Positions 20,287 through 31,824 are shown, counted from the stretch's first letter. The stretch is DNA of 64,000 bases from Cyanobacteria bacterium P01_D01_bin.156 (GCA_039024555.1 JBCCQQ010000022.1:1-64000), one strand, 5' to 3'. Translations and numbers: made by a program. Notes: a model not told the origin generated them from the sequence alone.

Positions 20287-22412
20287 GAAAGATAGAGCTT
20301 TTGAACGTAGTCGCACACCATGCGATCGCTATTAAACACAGGCGCGATGGTGCGAATGGAGGCTTTCATCCGTTTCACCCAGCTACGAGGAACATGATTG
20401 CGATCGTTGTCATAGTACAGGCGAACAATATCCCGCTCTAGCTGAGTGTAAAAGGATTCTGCATCTATCGTATCTTGAACATCCTGTTCTCTGGTTTCTG
20501 CATCCTCACCAATTGTCCAACCGTTCAAGTGAGCCTTGTACCCTTCACACCACCAACCATCTAAAACACTAAAGTTAATGCCGCCGTTCAGGGCTACCTT
20601 TTGGCCACTGGTGCCCGAAGCTTCCAACGGTCGACGGGGCGTATTCAGCCATAGATCAATGCCCTGCACCAGGAGCTTGGCTGTATACATGTCATAGTCT
20701 TCAATAAACGCGATGCGGTCGCGTAAGTCTGGATGACGACTCCATTCCAAAATGCGCTGAATAATTCGCTTACCAGCGGTATCATCAGGCCTGGCTTTGC
20801 CAGCAATAATCAACTGAACAGGCCGTTTTGGATTGGAAAAGATACGAGTTAACCGACTGAGGTCACGAAAAATGAGGTCGCTGCGTTTGTAGTCACTAAA
20901 GCGCCGCGCAAAGCCTAGGGTGAGTACCTTTGGCTCCAACAGTCGCTCTACTGCCTTGATGTCATCGGAGCATTCTTTACGGTCTTGTCTCGCTTTGAGA
21001 ACGCGATCGCGGGCGTAGGCGATGAGTCGTGCCTTTAAGATTTGGTGCCGCTGCCACAATCGCTCGTCGGGAATGTTTTCAATTTTGCTCCAGGTTTCAG
21101 GATCTGTAATGCGTTCTGCCCAATCCTTACCTAGATAGTCCTGGTATAAGTCTTCCAATAATGGGGCAATCCAGCTGCGGGCATGAATGCCATTGGTGAC
21201 ATATCCCAAGGGTTGACGAGTCTCGGATGTCTCCTGGGAGTAAAGATTTTGCCAAAGCTGCTGGGAAACCTCTCCATGGCGCTGACTGACCGCATTTGCT
21301 GACCGAGTCAACCGTAGAGCCAAGGCCGTCATACTAAACACATCTGGGTTTGATTCTTGGGTACCTAGGGCTAAAAATTCCGCTCGTTCTAACCCAAGCT
21401 GGGGCCAATAGTCTGCAAAATGGCGCTCAATTTGGTCGATTGAAAAGGCTTGGCCCGTGGGAACAGGCGTATGGGTAGTAAATAATGTGCGATCGCAGAC
21501 CGTAGATTTGACATCGTCTAGAGTGCCATCGATTTGCTCCATCTCAAAACGGGCCAATTCCAGCAAGGCAAATGCCGCATGTACATCATTTAGATGGTAG
21601 ATAGCAGGTTCAATTCCCAATGCCTGCAACATGCGTACACCACCCACCCCCAAAAGAATTTCCTGGAGCAGCTGCTTATCTGAATCACCGCTGTACAACT
21701 GACTAGTAATCTGCCGATCAGTCGCATCATTTTCGATAATGTCCGTATCCAACAGATAAAGCAGACTACGGCCCACTTGCACTTGCCAAACTTGGGCCTT
21801 CACCATACGTTGGCGAATATTCACGCGAATCTTCAGCCGTTGCCCATGTTCGTTACACACAGGCATCATGGGCAGATTCTCAAAATCGTTGTCCTTATAG
21901 TGCGTTTGCTGCCAACCACTGCGATTGAGCTGTTGAGAAAAATAGCCCTGACGATATAGCAACCCCACCCCGATCATGGGTAACCCCAAATCGGAAGCTG
22001 ATTTTAGATGATCCCCTGCTAGTACCCCCAAACCACCACAATACAGGGGCAATGATTCATGGATGCCATACTCAATACAAAAGTAGGCCACTGGATTATC
22101 AGCCGTAATGCTGGGAGCAGCAGTTTGTGCCCAAGTTTGGTGACGATGGAGATAGGTATGAAATTCGGTCGCTAACGTTTGCAGGCGCTTTAAATAATTG
22201 GGATCTTCAGCTAGCTGCCATAAGCGCTCAGGTGTAATCGCCTGCATCAACGCCACAGGATTATGCTGACAGTCTTGCCATAGGTCTGGGGCCAGCACCC
22301 TGAATAAAGACGCTCGTTCCGAGGTCCAACTCCACCAGTAGTTATAAATAAACTGGGTGAGCGGTTTTAGAGGCGGAGGAAGCTTCAGGCTGATAGAGCG
22401 ACGAAGGTACAT
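20283..22412 (-). CDS. glgP: Alpha-glucan (glycogen) phosphorylase
   Basis: GGLGVLAGDHLKSASD, FTTHTPV, GFARRF, EASGTSGQK (PLP Lys), LDGWW. Confidence 0.92.
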   Translation of the reverse strand: MYLRRSISLKLPPPLKPLTQFIYNYWWSWTSERASLFRVLAPDLWQDCQHNPVALMQAITPERLWQLAEDPNYLKRLQTLATEFHTYLHRHQTWAQTAAPSITADNPVAYFCIEYGIHESLPLYCGGLGVLAGDHLKSASDLGLPMIGVGLLYRQGYFSQQLNRSGWQQTHYKDNDFENLPMMPVCNEHGQRLKIRVNIRQRMVKAQVWQVQVGRSLLYLLDTDIIENDATDRQITSQLYSGDSDKQLLQEILLGVGGVRMLQALGIEPAIYHLNDVHAAFALLELARFEMEQIDGTLDDVKSTVCDRTLFTTHTPVPTGQAFSIDQIERHFADYWPQLGLERAEFLALGTQESNPDVFSMTALALRLTRSANAVSQRHGEVSQQLWQNLYSQETSETRQPLGYVTNGIHARSWIAPLLEDLYQDYLGKDWAERITDPETWSKIENIPDERLWQRHQILKARLIAYARDRVLKARQDRKECSDDIKAVERLLEPKVLTLGFARRFSDYKRSDLIFRDLSRLTRIFSNPKRPVQLIIAGKARPDDTAGKRIIQRILEWSRHPDLRDRIAFIEDYDMYTAKLLVQGIDLWLNTPRRPLEASGTSGQKVALNGGINFSVLDGWWCEGYKAHLNGWTIGEDAETREQDVQDTIDAESFYTQLERDIVRLYYDNDRNHVPRSWVKRMKASIRTIAPVFNSDRMVCDYVQKLYLS

Positions 22413-22577
22413 AGGTCGAAGGAGGAAAGTCAACAGTGGCAAGGGGACGGAATTAATCAAAGCCTCTCAAAGCGTTAGAGCGACTGCGGTATAGTGTTCC
22501 AATCCTCACATTTGGATCTTTAGCCCTGTTTGGGCAGTAGTTGTAGCGTTAAATGTCGCCCTGGGCGGCAATGGCGA

Positions 22578-23849
22578 ATGGCCCCAACCCTTACCCAATT
22601 TGGTCAACAAATGTCCCACCTCACTGGGGTGCGGGCGATCATGAAAGATATCATTGAAACCCTGCAATCGGGACAGGCTGCAGACTTTATTAACTTAAGC
22701 GCAGGCAACCCGGTCATCATTCCGGAGGTAGAGCAGCTGTGGCGCGACTGTACCACTGATTTACTGGCTAGCAAGGAATATGGGCAAGTCGTCTGTCGCT
22801 ATGGTTCAAGTCGGGGGTATGAACCATTAATTGATGCCATTACGGCTGATTTCAATCAGCGATATAACCTGCAGCTACAAGCCGGAAATATTTTAATTAC
22901 ACCCGGCAGCCAATCCCTATATTTTTTGGCAGCTAATGCTTTTGGTGGCTATACCACTAAAGGCACTCTCAAAGAGATTATCCTTCCCCTTAGTCCTGAC
23001 TATACGGGCTACGGTGGAGTTTCCCTCTATCCAGAAGCCGTACGGGCCTATCGACCTAGGTTAGACATCAATGAGTCCACCCATCGCTTTAAGTACCGTC
23101 CTGACTTAAAGCAGCTGACGGTTAATGACAATACCGGCTTTCTGCTGTTTTCTCGGCCCTGTAATCCTACGGGCAATGTGGTCAACGATGATGAAGTGCG
23201 ACGTATTGCCCAACTAGCCAAGGATGTGCCTGTTTTTATTGACTCGGCCTACGCACCACCCTTTCCTGCGCTGAACTTTACGGCAATGACGCCCATCTTA
23301 GCGCCCAACATTGTTCACGGCATTAGTTTGTCAAAGGCAGGATTACCCGGTGAGCGAGTGGGAATTGCCATTGGTGATGCCGCCACAATTCGAGTCCTCG
23401 AATCATTCCAAACAAATTTGTGTATCCATTCTTCCCGCTATGGTCAAGCCATAGCGGCCCGTGCGATCGCATCAGGCGCACTGGCTGAACTATCAAAAAC
23501 AGTCATTCGCAGTCACTACCAAGAAAAATTTGCCGTCATCGAAACCACATTGGATGACGCCATGCCAGATGTGCCCTGGTATCTACACTTAGCAGAAGGC
23601 TCTATTTTTGCCTGGCTATGGCTACAGGATTTACCCATGGATGACCAAGCGTTTTACCAAGCCCTCAAGCAGTATGGCGTGATCGTTGTCCCCGGTAGTC
23701 CATTTTTCCCAGGGTTACAGGAAGATTGGGAACACAAACATCAGTGCTTTAGGGTTAGTCTGACGGATACAGCAGAGAGAATTGCGATCGCCATTCGTCG
23801 GCTCGCTCAACTCACTGAGGAAGTCTATAGTCAAGGAAATAATCCATAA
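22578..23849 (+). CDS. avtA: Valine-pyruvate aminotransferase
   Basis: [37 protein letters not shown]. Confidence 0.9.
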   Translation: MAPTLTQFGQQMSHLTGVRAIMKDIIETLQSGQAADFINLSAGNPVIIPEVEQLWRDCTTDLLASKEYGQVVCRYGSSRGYEPLIDAITADFNQRYNLQLQAGNILITPGSQSLYFLAANAFGGYTTKGTLKEIILPLSPDYTGYGGVSLYPEAVRAYRPRLDINESTHRFKYRPDLKQLTVNDNTGFLLFSRPCNPTGNVVNDDEVRRIAQLAKDVPVFIDSAYAPPFPALNFTAMTPILAPNIVHGISLSKAGLPGERVGIAIGDAATIRVLESFQTNLCIHSSRYGQAIAARAIASGALAELSKTVIRSHYQEKFAVIETTLDDAMPDVPWYLHLAEGSIFAWLWLQDLPMDDQAFYQALKQYGVIVVPGSPFFPGLQEDWEHKHQCFRVSLTDTAERIAIAIRRLAQLTEEVYSQGNNP

Positions 23850-23850
23850 A

Positions 23851-24420
23851 ATGACACAGGACTGGCTTACCATTGGTCGCATTGTGGGCCCCCATGGCCT
23901 GAATGGCGAAGTGCGCGTATATCCTGATAGTGATTTCCCAGAACGATTTGAGCGGCCAGGTGAACGATGGTTACTCAAACCAGGCACGACTACTCCAGAG
24001 CCCATCAAGCTAATTAAGGGGCGCTTTCAAAACGGCAAAGGCCTATACGTGGTTAAACTAGCTGATATTAATTACCGTGACCAAGCAGAGGCCCTGCGAG
24101 ATGCTCAGTTATTAGTCCCCGCCGCCGATCGTCTCCCCCTCGAACCTGGCGAATTCCACGTGGGTGATTTGATGGGTCTAGCCGTCATTCTTCAGGCAAC
24201 GGGCGAACAGGTAGGGACGGTAAACGATATCTATCGGGCAGGCAATGATTTATTAGAAGTCACCCTTACATCTACCAGCTTAGATAGCCAAAATACACAA
24301 CCGTCACGGACAGTGTTGATTCCTTTTGTGGAGGCTATTGTCCCCGTAGTTGACTTGCTCCAAAAGCGCGTTGAGATCACGCCACCAGCTGGCTTGATTG
24401 ACGAAACCAGCAACACCTAA
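23851..24420 (+). CDS. rimM: 16S rRNA processing protein RimM
   Basis: [42 protein letters not shown]. Confidence 0.95.
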   Translation: MTQDWLTIGRIVGPHGLNGEVRVYPDSDFPERFERPGERWLLKPGTTTPEPIKLIKGRFQNGKGLYVVKLADINYRDQAEALRDAQLLVPAADRLPLEPGEFHVGDLMGLAVILQATGEQVGTVNDIYRAGNDLLEVTLTSTSLDSQNTQPSRTVLIPFVEAIVPVVDLLQKRVEITPPAGLIDETSNT

Positions 24421-24938
24421 GACTGTAACTGCTCCAGATCAAGACTGGCTGCATCAGCATGTTTTGCCAGTAGCTGCCGAATTCGAGTCAGCGTTTCAGT
24501 ATCGTCAATGCGCTGTTCCTGATACCCCCGCTGCCACACAGGCGCACCTGGCTCTCCACGCACCAGATTAATGCGTTTAGCTGCCGCTGCTTTAAATCCA
24601 GCAACAAAAGAAGAAAGGGCTCTCGGCTTCTCTGGGGTTTGCACACCATAATCTGATGGCAACTGCCCTTCTCTGGGCGTAACGACGATCAACGCTCGCA
24701 GACCATTCGGCAAGACTGCCCAACGATCAACGCGAATGTCTCGCTCATGTGCAGTCGATACTTGTTGCCACTCAGCAACAGCAATCTTTCCAGAGGTGTT
24801 CAAGTGTGTTTGTTCGTCTGCTATATCACCAAATAAAAAAGCTTCTTGGTGGGTCAATAAATGAATGTGATAAAACGTAGTGCTGGGTTTGGACGGCCCC
24901 AACTGGAATATATTAGCCAACCTTTCCTCAGTGCCCAT
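24417..24938 (-). CDS. REP-associated tyrosine transposase (RAYT/Y1)-like protein lacking catalytic residues
   Basis: LFGDI, LN..GKI...[25 protein letters not shown] match the family; PNHxH is PNGLR and the catalytic-Tyr helix reads RQLL. Confidence 0.75.
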   Translation of the reverse strand: MGTEERLANIFQLGPSKPSTTFYHIHLLTHQEAFLFGDIADEQTHLNTSGKIAVAEWQQVSTAHERDIRVDRWAVLPNGLRALIVVTPREGQLPSDYGVQTPEKPRALSSFVAGFKAAAAKRINLVRGEPGAPVWQRGYQEQRIDDTETLTRIRQLLAKHADAASLDLEQLQS

Positions 24939-24991
24939 CCAGGCATTGCGTGATTGTTGTTGACTTAGATTTCCCAGGTGTAGGTTAATAT

Positions 24992-25027
24992 TCTCGCCGA
25001 GAAAATACGCAATTTTTCTTGGCGAGA
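24992..25027. repeat. Inverted repeat upstream of the RAYT-like gene
   Basis: TCTCGCCGAGAAAA-N8-TTTTCTTGGCGAGA, 13/14 complementary. Confidence 0.7.
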
Positions 25028-25053
25028 TGATACTTATTTATGGAATTTAGGAC

Positions 25054-25083
25054 AAAAAAATAGCCAGCCTATCGAGGCTGGCT
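25054..25083 (-). terminator. Rho-independent terminator downstream of tRNA-Leu(CAA)
   Basis: AGCCAGCCT-ATCG-AGGCTGGCT perfect 9-bp stem followed by a T7 run on the minus strand. Confidence 0.85.
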
Positions 25084-25104
25084 TCATAAGTAAATCAACA
25101 AATA

Positions 25105-25187
25105 TGGGCAGAGCGAGACTCGAACTCGCATGACCAAAGGCCGCCACATTTTGAGTGTGGTGCGTCTACCAATTTCGCCATCCGCCC
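25105..25187 (-). tRNA. trnL-CAA: tRNA-Leu(CAA)
   Basis: GGGCGGATGGCGAAATTGGTAGACGC-ACCACA-CTCAAAA-TGTGG...GTTCGAGTC...CTGCCCA; long variable arm; CCA not encoded. Confidence 0.97.
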
Positions 25188-26029
25188 GTAGTCTTAATAT
25201 TATAGTTGATACCGCGCGTTTGTAATAGCCTTTGATAATCTTGACTGCCATGCCAACGGGTAATCTCCCTAGCTCGTAATACGGGCACTGGGTGAGTTAA
25301 CTCTTGGGTACGCATTTCCTTCAACAATGCACCTAGCTGATCTTGATTCAGCTCCTCATAGGCATCAGCCTGGGCAATAAAGGCGTCCAAATTAAGTTGA
25401 GGCGATAGATGTGGCGATCCTCCGGCCAATTTCATTAATACCGACGCCACAACCCTGGCATCCTGACTGGCAAGTAGGGCCGCGCGATCGCACGTAAATT
25501 CAGCACAACGTACCCATTTCAAAATTTGACTTTGTAAACTTTGAGACCAGGCTGCCCCCAGGGGTAGCTGACTGGCCGCCAAGGTCAAGAGGTTTGCCAG
25601 GGTTAGATATACGCCATGATCACATTTCAGATGTCCCAACTCATGACCAATGACTGCTTGTAACTCCTGATTCGTTAGCAGATCAATTAACGACGTGTGA
25701 ACAACAATAAAGGGGCGCTTACCCCGCATGGCAAACGTATACGCATTAGGCACAGGATTTTGTCTGATATAAAGCTGCGGGGGGTCCATATCTAGCACCT
25801 GGCAAGCATCTACCAAAAGTTGATAGATATCAGGGAGCTGGGTCGGCCCGACCAACACACTAGTCGCAATATTTTCTAAATAAAAAAACTGCTCTGCCGT
25901 TGGTCCTAACAAACCACGGATAGCCAGATCAAACCCTGGCAAACGCTTGAGGGATTCTGTCGCCTGCAAATCCAAAGGATGGCGAAAATGATTAGCCCGC
26001 AGCCCGGTTAGAATCGACTTTTGGTCCAC
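25166..26029 (-). CDS. M48 family zinc metallopeptidase
   Basis: HELGH (HExxH), PNAY, AEFTCDR, THP; GGAGG RBS before GTG 26029; last 7 sense codons/stop overlap the tRNA. Confidence 0.9.
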   Translation of the reverse strand: MDQKSILTGLRANHFRHPLDLQATESLKRLPGFDLAIRGLLGPTAEQFFYLENIATSVLVGPTQLPDIYQLLVDACQVLDMDPPQLYIRQNPVPNAYTFAMRGKRPFIVVHTSLIDLLTNQELQAVIGHELGHLKCDHGVYLTLANLLTLAASQLPLGAAWSQSLQSQILKWVRCAEFTCDRAALLASQDARVVASVLMKLAGGSPHLSPQLNLDAFIAQADAYEELNQDQLGALLKEMRTQELTHPVPVLRAREITRWHGSQDYQRLLQTRGINYNIKTTGGWRNW

Positions 26030-26072
26030 ACCTGCGCCTCCAAGGCTTCTAGATAGTTTACAGTGTAGCTTT

Positions 26073-27461
26073 CTAGACAGTGACTGGCCTATGGGATACA
26101 GAAGACTCAATTGGATGGGCAACACGCCGCAGCTTCGCCCCCACCGACGTAAGTTTAGCTTCAATATCTGCATAGCCACGATCTAAGTGATGGAGACCAT
26201 GGAGAGTAGTTTTACCATCGGCCGCTAATCCCGCTACTAATAGAGCTGCAGCCGCCCTCAAGTCAGTCCCCGTCACTGGGGCACCAGATAGATAGGGAAC
26301 ACCACGAATAACAGCCATATTGCCGGTCAACCGGATATCTGCACCCATGCGGTTAAACTCAGCCACGTGCTGAAGTCGATTTTCAAAAACCGTCTCTGTA
26401 ATGACACTATTACCGTCAGCTAGGGTTGTCAGCGCCATAAACTGAGCCTGCATATCCGTCGGAAAGCCAGGATGAGGACGAGTCTCAATATCGATGGGCA
26501 AAATACGCTGTCCAGGGACAATACGCACACGACTGTGGCCTTCCAACTCAACCCGAGTCCCTGCTTCTGCAAGTTTCGCAATGACCGGGGTTAAATGCTC
26601 TGGAATAACCGGGGAAAGACTAATAGGAGACTTTGTAATAGCACCCGCCAGCATAAAGGTGCCGGCCTCAATGCGATCAGGAATAATGCCATAGTCAGTG
26701 GAATGGAGACTGGACACGCCCGCAATCGTAATTGTGTTCGTTCCTGCACCACGAATGCGCGCGCCCATGGCTCGACAAAAATTAGCCAGGTCCAAAACCT
26801 CAGGCTCTTGGGCAGCGTTTTCAATGACCGTTTCTCCCTCTGCCAGAGTCGCGGCCATCATCAAAGTTTCTGTGGCTCCCACACTGGGGTAGTCAAGATA
26901 AATTTTGCCCCCTTTCAGGCGGCCGCGGCTACCGGGGACATAGGCATGGACAATACCATGATCCATGTGAACCTGTGCTCCTAATGCCTGTAAGCCTTTA
27001 ATGTGTAATGCGACAGGACGAGCTCCAATAGCACACCCTCCCGGCAGTGGCACTCTAGCGACACCCAAACGAGCTAACAGAGGACCAATCACAAAGAAAC
27101 TCGCCCTCAGTTTGCTAACAATTTCATACGGGGCACGAGAATGACTAATGGAACTGGCATCAATATCGAGGGTGTCACCATGGTGACTAACTTTAACGCC
27201 CAGGGCAGTAAGCACCTCAGCCATCCGTCCGATGTCCACCAGATTGGGAATGTTACGCAGTCGACAATCTTGGGAACATAGGATGGTACCTGCCATAACG
27301 ACGAGGGCAGAGTTCTTGGCCCCGCTAACGTGAATATGGCCATTCAAGGGTTGCTTGCCCCAGATTTCAATAACAGGTGCAGACCCGTTGGAGGAATGCT
27401 GATCAGCCTGAAGTGAGGTGTTGATGGTAATGTCCTCCAATTTAGTAACGGGGCTCAGCAA
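26073..27461 (-). CDS. murA: UDP-N-acetylglucosamine 1-carboxyvinyltransferase
   Basis: [41 protein letters not shown]. Confidence 0.98.
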   Translation of the reverse strand: MLSPVTKLEDITINTSLQADQHSSNGSAPVIEIWGKQPLNGHIHVSGAKNSALVVMAGTILCSQDCRLRNIPNLVDIGRMAEVLTALGVKVSHHGDTLDIDASSISHSRAPYEIVSKLRASFFVIGPLLARLGVARVPLPGGCAIGARPVALHIKGLQALGAQVHMDHGIVHAYVPGSRGRLKGGKIYLDYPSVGATETLMMAATLAEGETVIENAAQEPEVLDLANFCRAMGARIRGAGTNTITIAGVSSLHSTDYGIIPDRIEAGTFMLAGAITKSPISLSPVIPEHLTPVIAKLAEAGTRVELEGHSRVRIVPGQRILPIDIETRPHPGFPTDMQAQFMALTTLADGNSVITETVFENRLQHVAEFNRMGADIRLTGNMAVIRGVPYLSGAPVTGTDLRAAAALLVAGLAADGKTTLHGLHHLDRGYADIEAKLTSVGAKLRRVAHPIESSVSHRPVTV

Positions 27462-27685
27462 AACGACATCATAAAACTGGCTCTCAAGCCAATTTTGTAA
27501 ACATAAGTGATGATTTTACCGGAAACTTTTGATTAGTTAAGTCATATTAATATCCTTTTCAGATAAGTACTAACGTCATCTAACCCAATCTGAAAGGGGC
27601 AAATGCTAAACCTCAAGATGGGGGATTGACGAATTGTCCTAATTGCAAGAAGATTTTGAGCTAGAGGTCACGCAGGTGACATTGA

Positions 27686-27769
27686 GCGGAACTGGCGGAA
27701 TTGGTAGACGCGCTAGATTCAGGTTCTAGTGTTCGCAAGGACTTCCGGGTTCAAGTCCCGGGTTCCGCA
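27686..27769 (+). tRNA. trnL-CAG: tRNA-Leu(CAG)
   Basis: GCGGAAC acceptor stem, CTAGA-TTCAGGT-TCTAG anticodon arm, GGTTCAAGTCC T-loop. Confidence 0.97.
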
Positions 27770-27978
27770 TACGTGAAGTAGTTCTTAAATGCCTTTCTAT
27801 CAATGTTCAGAAGTTTGAAAGGCTCTGAGATATATGGATGTATAAATTGCATCATTCATGCAGATCAATTCAGTTTTCCTTATTGATTGTTAATTGGGAA
27901 AAAGTTGAATGCTATAGGCTAGACCGTGAGTAAAAACATACACGGAACTTAGTTGTTGGCAGCAGGTTTGCTTTTCCC

Positions 27979-28758
27979 ATGACTAGCATTATTACCAGTA
28001 CCAAAAATCCCATCGCTAAGCAGTTTCGTAAGCTACACCAGGCAAAGGAACGGCGACGTCAAAGCATGTTTTTGCTGGAGGGAACTCACCTGTTACAGGA
28101 GGTGTGTTCAATGGGCTATCAGCTTCACCAAGTGGCTGTTACAGAGGGATGGCGTCAGACCCACACCTCTCTGTATGTGCAACTGGAAAGTTTGGCAACA
28201 GAAGTACGTCTGGTAACCCCTGAAGTGTTGGCTAGCATGTGTACCACTGTCAGCCCCGATGGGGTGATAGCTATTGCTCCTCGCAGGGATGCTGCCTCAG
28301 CTTCGTCCCATCCTATTTCCCTAGGAATCGCCCTCGAACGCCTGCAGGATCCCGGAAACCTCGGTACTGTGATTCGCACAGCTGCCGCTACGCATTGCGA
28401 TCGCCTCTGGCTGACATCAGACAGCGTCGATGTGGACCATCCCAAAGTGCTCAGAGCAACGGCTGGTCAGTGGTTTCGACTACCAATGGAGACTATCCCA
28501 AGTTTCGCAGACCTGAGGAATCAAGATGTCCAACTGGTGGCGACCACACCCAGGGCATCCCTTGATTATTGGCATATGGACCTGCGGCAGCCCACAGTAT
28601 TTTTAATGGGCAATGAAGGTGCTGGGCTCTCTGAACAGGCCATGGACCTGTCCACGCATCAGGTCAGAATTCCTTTAGCAGCTGATGTGGAATCATTAAA
28701 CGTTGCGATCGCAACGGCTATTTTGCTCTATGAAGCCCAACGTCAGCGTTGCTCTTGA
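27979..28758 (+). CDS. TrmH/SpoU family RNA methyltransferase
   Basis: QDPGNLGTVIRTA, GNEGAG, ESLNVA. Confidence 0.93.
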   Translation: MTSIITSTKNPIAKQFRKLHQAKERRRQSMFLLEGTHLLQEVCSMGYQLHQVAVTEGWRQTHTSLYVQLESLATEVRLVTPEVLASMCTTVSPDGVIAIAPRRDAASASSHPISLGIALERLQDPGNLGTVIRTAAATHCDRLWLTSDSVDVDHPKVLRATAGQWFRLPMETIPSFADLRNQDVQLVATTPRASLDYWHMDLRQPTVFLMGNEGAGLSEQAMDLSTHQVRIPLAADVESLNVAIATAILLYEAQRQRCS

Positions 28759-28967
28759 TCGTCTGTGGTAAACCCCACATCTTGAGGCAATTTCGACCCA
28801 GCAGGTAATCCATAATCAGGATTCTGGACGTCCTTTGGAGTAGAAGAACTGAAATTGTCTGCCTCCAATTCGGTATCTTCTAGCTCATCGCCCCAAAGAT
28901 CGTTTAACTGCTCTAAAGATTGCATAAAATCGGCTGTAGCCGACTGCTTCAGCTGACGTTTGTCCAT
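28743..28967 (-). CDS. Small acidic hypothetical protein
   Basis: ATG-started 74-aa ORF with an amphipathic N-terminal helix (ATADFMQSLEQL) resembling small cyanobacterial hypotheticals. Confidence 0.6.
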   Translation of the reverse strand: MDKRQLKQSATADFMQSLEQLNDLWGDELEDTELEADNFSSSTPKDVQNPDYGLPAGSKLPQDVGFTTDDQEQR

Positions 28968-29454
28968 AAGTCTATCTTGCTAATCAGCCCTGCCGACCAA
29001 TCATCATTACGAACAACTAGAATGCCTCGGACTTAGAAAATCTTAGGCATTCCTAAGCAAGCATTCACAGCGTACGTGAATCGAGCAAAAAGCTCGTCAT
29101 GGTTTATGGCTATTGGCATTAAGGCCTTTAACTATAGGGATCTTGAATTGGACTCTAGCCAAGATGTTCCAAACACAAGCAAACAAAGGAACCAGAATGA
29201 TGCTTGTGAAGAGCGTTCTATGTTTGGAACTTATTTAGCACAATGGCTTTTTAGCACAACGGCTTTACAGAGAATACAGGGTCTTCAAATTTAACAAATG
29301 GCTCGCAATTCCTAAATATTGAGTTGTCTATTATTCACAATCTAGATGAGAATATATTTTGCCCCTATGTTACCCACATGGTTATCTGACCCCGGCAATT
29401 GGTAAGAGAACAGTGGTGAAGGGCGTCACTAATGTGCTGAAACAGGAGATCGTT

Positions 29455-30888
29455 GTGAGTTCATCCTTTGATTACGACCTAATCATTGTGGGTGCCGGTG
29501 TCGGTGGACATGGGGCAGCGTTACACGCTGTAAAAAGTGGCTTAAAAACTGCCATCATTGAGGCAGCTGATATGGGAGGCACCTGTGTTAACCGTGGCTG
29601 TATTCCTTCCAAAGCATTGCTAGCTGCCTCAGGGCGCGTTCGAGAAATGCAAGACAAGCATCACCTACAGTCCTTCGGGATTCACGTGGGAGATGTGCAG
29701 TTTGATCGTGCTGCCATTGCTGACCATGCTGGTAACTTAGTCAGTAAAATTCAAGGAGATTTGACCAATAGCCTGACTCGCCTTGGAGTAGATACTATTC
29801 GCGGCTGGGGTAAATTAGCAGGTGCTCAGAAGGTAACGGTGACCACAGATAACGGTGAAAAGACCTACACCGCTAAAGACATCATGCTGTCCCCTGGATC
29901 AGTCCCCTTTGTGCCCCCTGGCATTGAAACTGATGGTAAAACCGTATTTACCAGTGATGAAGCCATTAAGTTGGACTGGTTACCTCAGTGGGTGGCCATC
30001 ATTGGTAGTGGCTACATTGGCCTAGAGTTTTCCGATGTCTACACCGCTCTTGGGTGTGAAGTCAGCATGATTGAGGCATTGCCCCAATTGATGCCCACCT
30101 TTGATCCTGACATTGCCAAAATCGCCAAGCGGGTCCTTATCGACCCCCGCGATATTGAAACCCATACAGGAGTCATTGCCAAAACGGTTATCCCTGGTGC
30201 TCCGGTCACCATAGAACTGGCGGATCTTAAAACGAAAGAAACCGTTGACGTCCTGGAGGTAGATGCTTGCCTAGTGGCCACTGGCCGGATTCCAGCGACG
30301 AAGAATATGGGACTGGAAAACTTAGCTGTCGAGACCGATCGCCGTGGTTTTATTCCAGTCAATGACCGCATGGAAGTCCTGAGAGATGGCCAGCCCATTC
30401 AACACCTATGGGCCATCGGTGATGCAACTGGCAAAATGATGCTGGCCCACGCCGCCTCTGCCCAGGGTGTGGTGGCCGTGGAAAATATTCTAGAAAATAA
30501 CCGCACTGTTAACTATCAGAGCATTCCGGCAGCGGCCTTTACCCACCCTGAAGTGAGCTTTGTGGGCCTGACTGAACCTGCAGCAAAAGAGCTCGCTGAC
30601 GCAGAGGGGTTCAAAATTGGCACTGTTCGTAGCTATTTCAAGGCTAATTCCAAGGCGTTGGCGGAGAATGAATCCGACGGCTTGGCAAAAGTAATCTACC
30701 GAAAGGACACAGGAGAAATTTTAGGAACCCACATTATTGGCATTCATGCCGCAGATCTAATTCAAGAAGCAGCAAATGCCATCGCTCAAGGTCAAACCGT
30801 CAAGGAACTGTCCTTTATCGTGCATACTCACCCCACCTTGTCTGAGGTGTTAGATGAGGCATTTAAGCGTGCTGAGGTAACCGCATGA
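29455..30888 (+). CDS. lpdA: Dihydrolipoyl dehydrogenase
   Basis: [19 protein letters not shown] redox disulfide, [24 protein letters not shown] before GTG 29455. Confidence 0.97.
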   Translation: MSSSFDYDLIIVGAGVGGHGAALHAVKSGLKTAIIEAADMGGTCVNRGCIPSKALLAASGRVREMQDKHHLQSFGIHVGDVQFDRAAIADHAGNLVSKIQGDLTNSLTRLGVDTIRGWGKLAGAQKVTVTTDNGEKTYTAKDIMLSPGSVPFVPPGIETDGKTVFTSDEAIKLDWLPQWVAIIGSGYIGLEFSDVYTALGCEVSMIEALPQLMPTFDPDIAKIAKRVLIDPRDIETHTGVIAKTVIPGAPVTIELADLKTKETVDVLEVDACLVATGRIPATKNMGLENLAVETDRRGFIPVNDRMEVLRDGQPIQHLWAIGDATGKMMLAHAASAQGVVAVENILENNRTVNYQSIPAAAFTHPEVSFVGLTEPAAKELADAEGFKIGTVRSYFKANSKALAENESDGLAKVIYRKDTGEILGTHIIGIHAADLIQEAANAIAQGQTVKELSFIVHTHPTLSEVLDEAFKRAEVTA

Positions 30889-31766
30889 AGATCAGACGAC
30901 GATCTCCCAATCCCACCGTGGCCGTGGATACCCTGCGATATCAGGTGAAGGTTCCTGACAGTGAGCCGCACAATATTTTGGAAAAAATTGTCTGGCACAA
31001 AGAAGTGGAAGTGGAGCGACTTCGCGAAAAAACACCGCTGGCTGAACTACAGCGTCAGGTACTGACAGCGCCTCCGGCACTGGACTTTTCAGCAACTTTG
31101 CGAGAAGGGAAGACTTTTCCAGCAGTGATTGCCGAGGTCAAAAAGGCTTCCCCCAGCAAGGGGGTTATTCGAGAAGATTTTGATCCGGTTGCGATCGCAA
31201 AAGCCTACGAACAGGGAGGGGCCTCTTGTCTCTCTGTCTTGACAGACAAAAAGTTCTTTCAAGGGAGCTTTGACTATTTAGCCCAGGTCCGTCAAGCGGT
31301 GAGCCTGCCTCTTTTGTGTAAGGAATTCATTATTTATCCTTATCAAATTTATCAGGCAAGAGTCCATGGAGCTGACGCAATCCTGCTAATAGCAGCGATT
31401 TTGTCCGATAAAGATTTGGGCTACTTTACGAGAATTACCAAAGCATTGGGTATGACTGCCCTGGTTGAGGTCCATACGGCTGAAGAACTAGAGCGCGTAC
31501 TCAATATTGAGCAGATCCAAGTAATTGGCGTTAATAACCGCAATCTCGAAGATTTCTCAGTCAGCCTAGATACCACTCACAATCTACTTGATCAGGCATC
31601 TGCCCATAGTCGAGCCGACGAAATTTTATTTGTTAGTGAATCTGGCATCCATCAACATGATGACGTCAGCTATGTCACGCAGGCCGGAGCTCGAGCAATT
31701 TTGGTTGGGGAGTCACTCATGCGTCAGCCTGATCCCGGTGCCGCTATTGATCAGCTCATAGCCTAA
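30885..31766 (+). CDS. trpC: Indole-3-glycerol phosphate synthase
   Basis: [42 protein letters not shown]. Confidence 0.97.
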   Translation: MKIRRRSPNPTVAVDTLRYQVKVPDSEPHNILEKIVWHKEVEVERLREKTPLAELQRQVLTAPPALDFSATLREGKTFPAVIAEVKKASPSKGVIREDFDPVAIAKAYEQGGASCLSVLTDKKFFQGSFDYLAQVRQAVSLPLLCKEFIIYPYQIYQARVHGADAILLIAAILSDKDLGYFTRITKALGMTALVEVHTAEELERVLNIEQIQVIGVNNRNLEDFSVSLDTTHNLLDQASAHSRADEILFVSESGIHQHDDVSYVTQAGARAILVGESLMRQPDPGAAIDQLIA

Positions 31767-31824
31767 ATAGTCAAACCACTTATTAGTCAGCAGCTTCAGG
31801 CTTCCTACTCTGAATTGATTTACT

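Noticed and set aside
24417..25187. Integrative element at tRNA-Leu(CAA)
   Set aside because: No integrase, no duplicated tRNA 3' end, and core genes on both sides
29076..29294. 72-aa ORF upstream of lpdA
   Set aside because: GTG start without a clear RBS, no family features; probably intergenic
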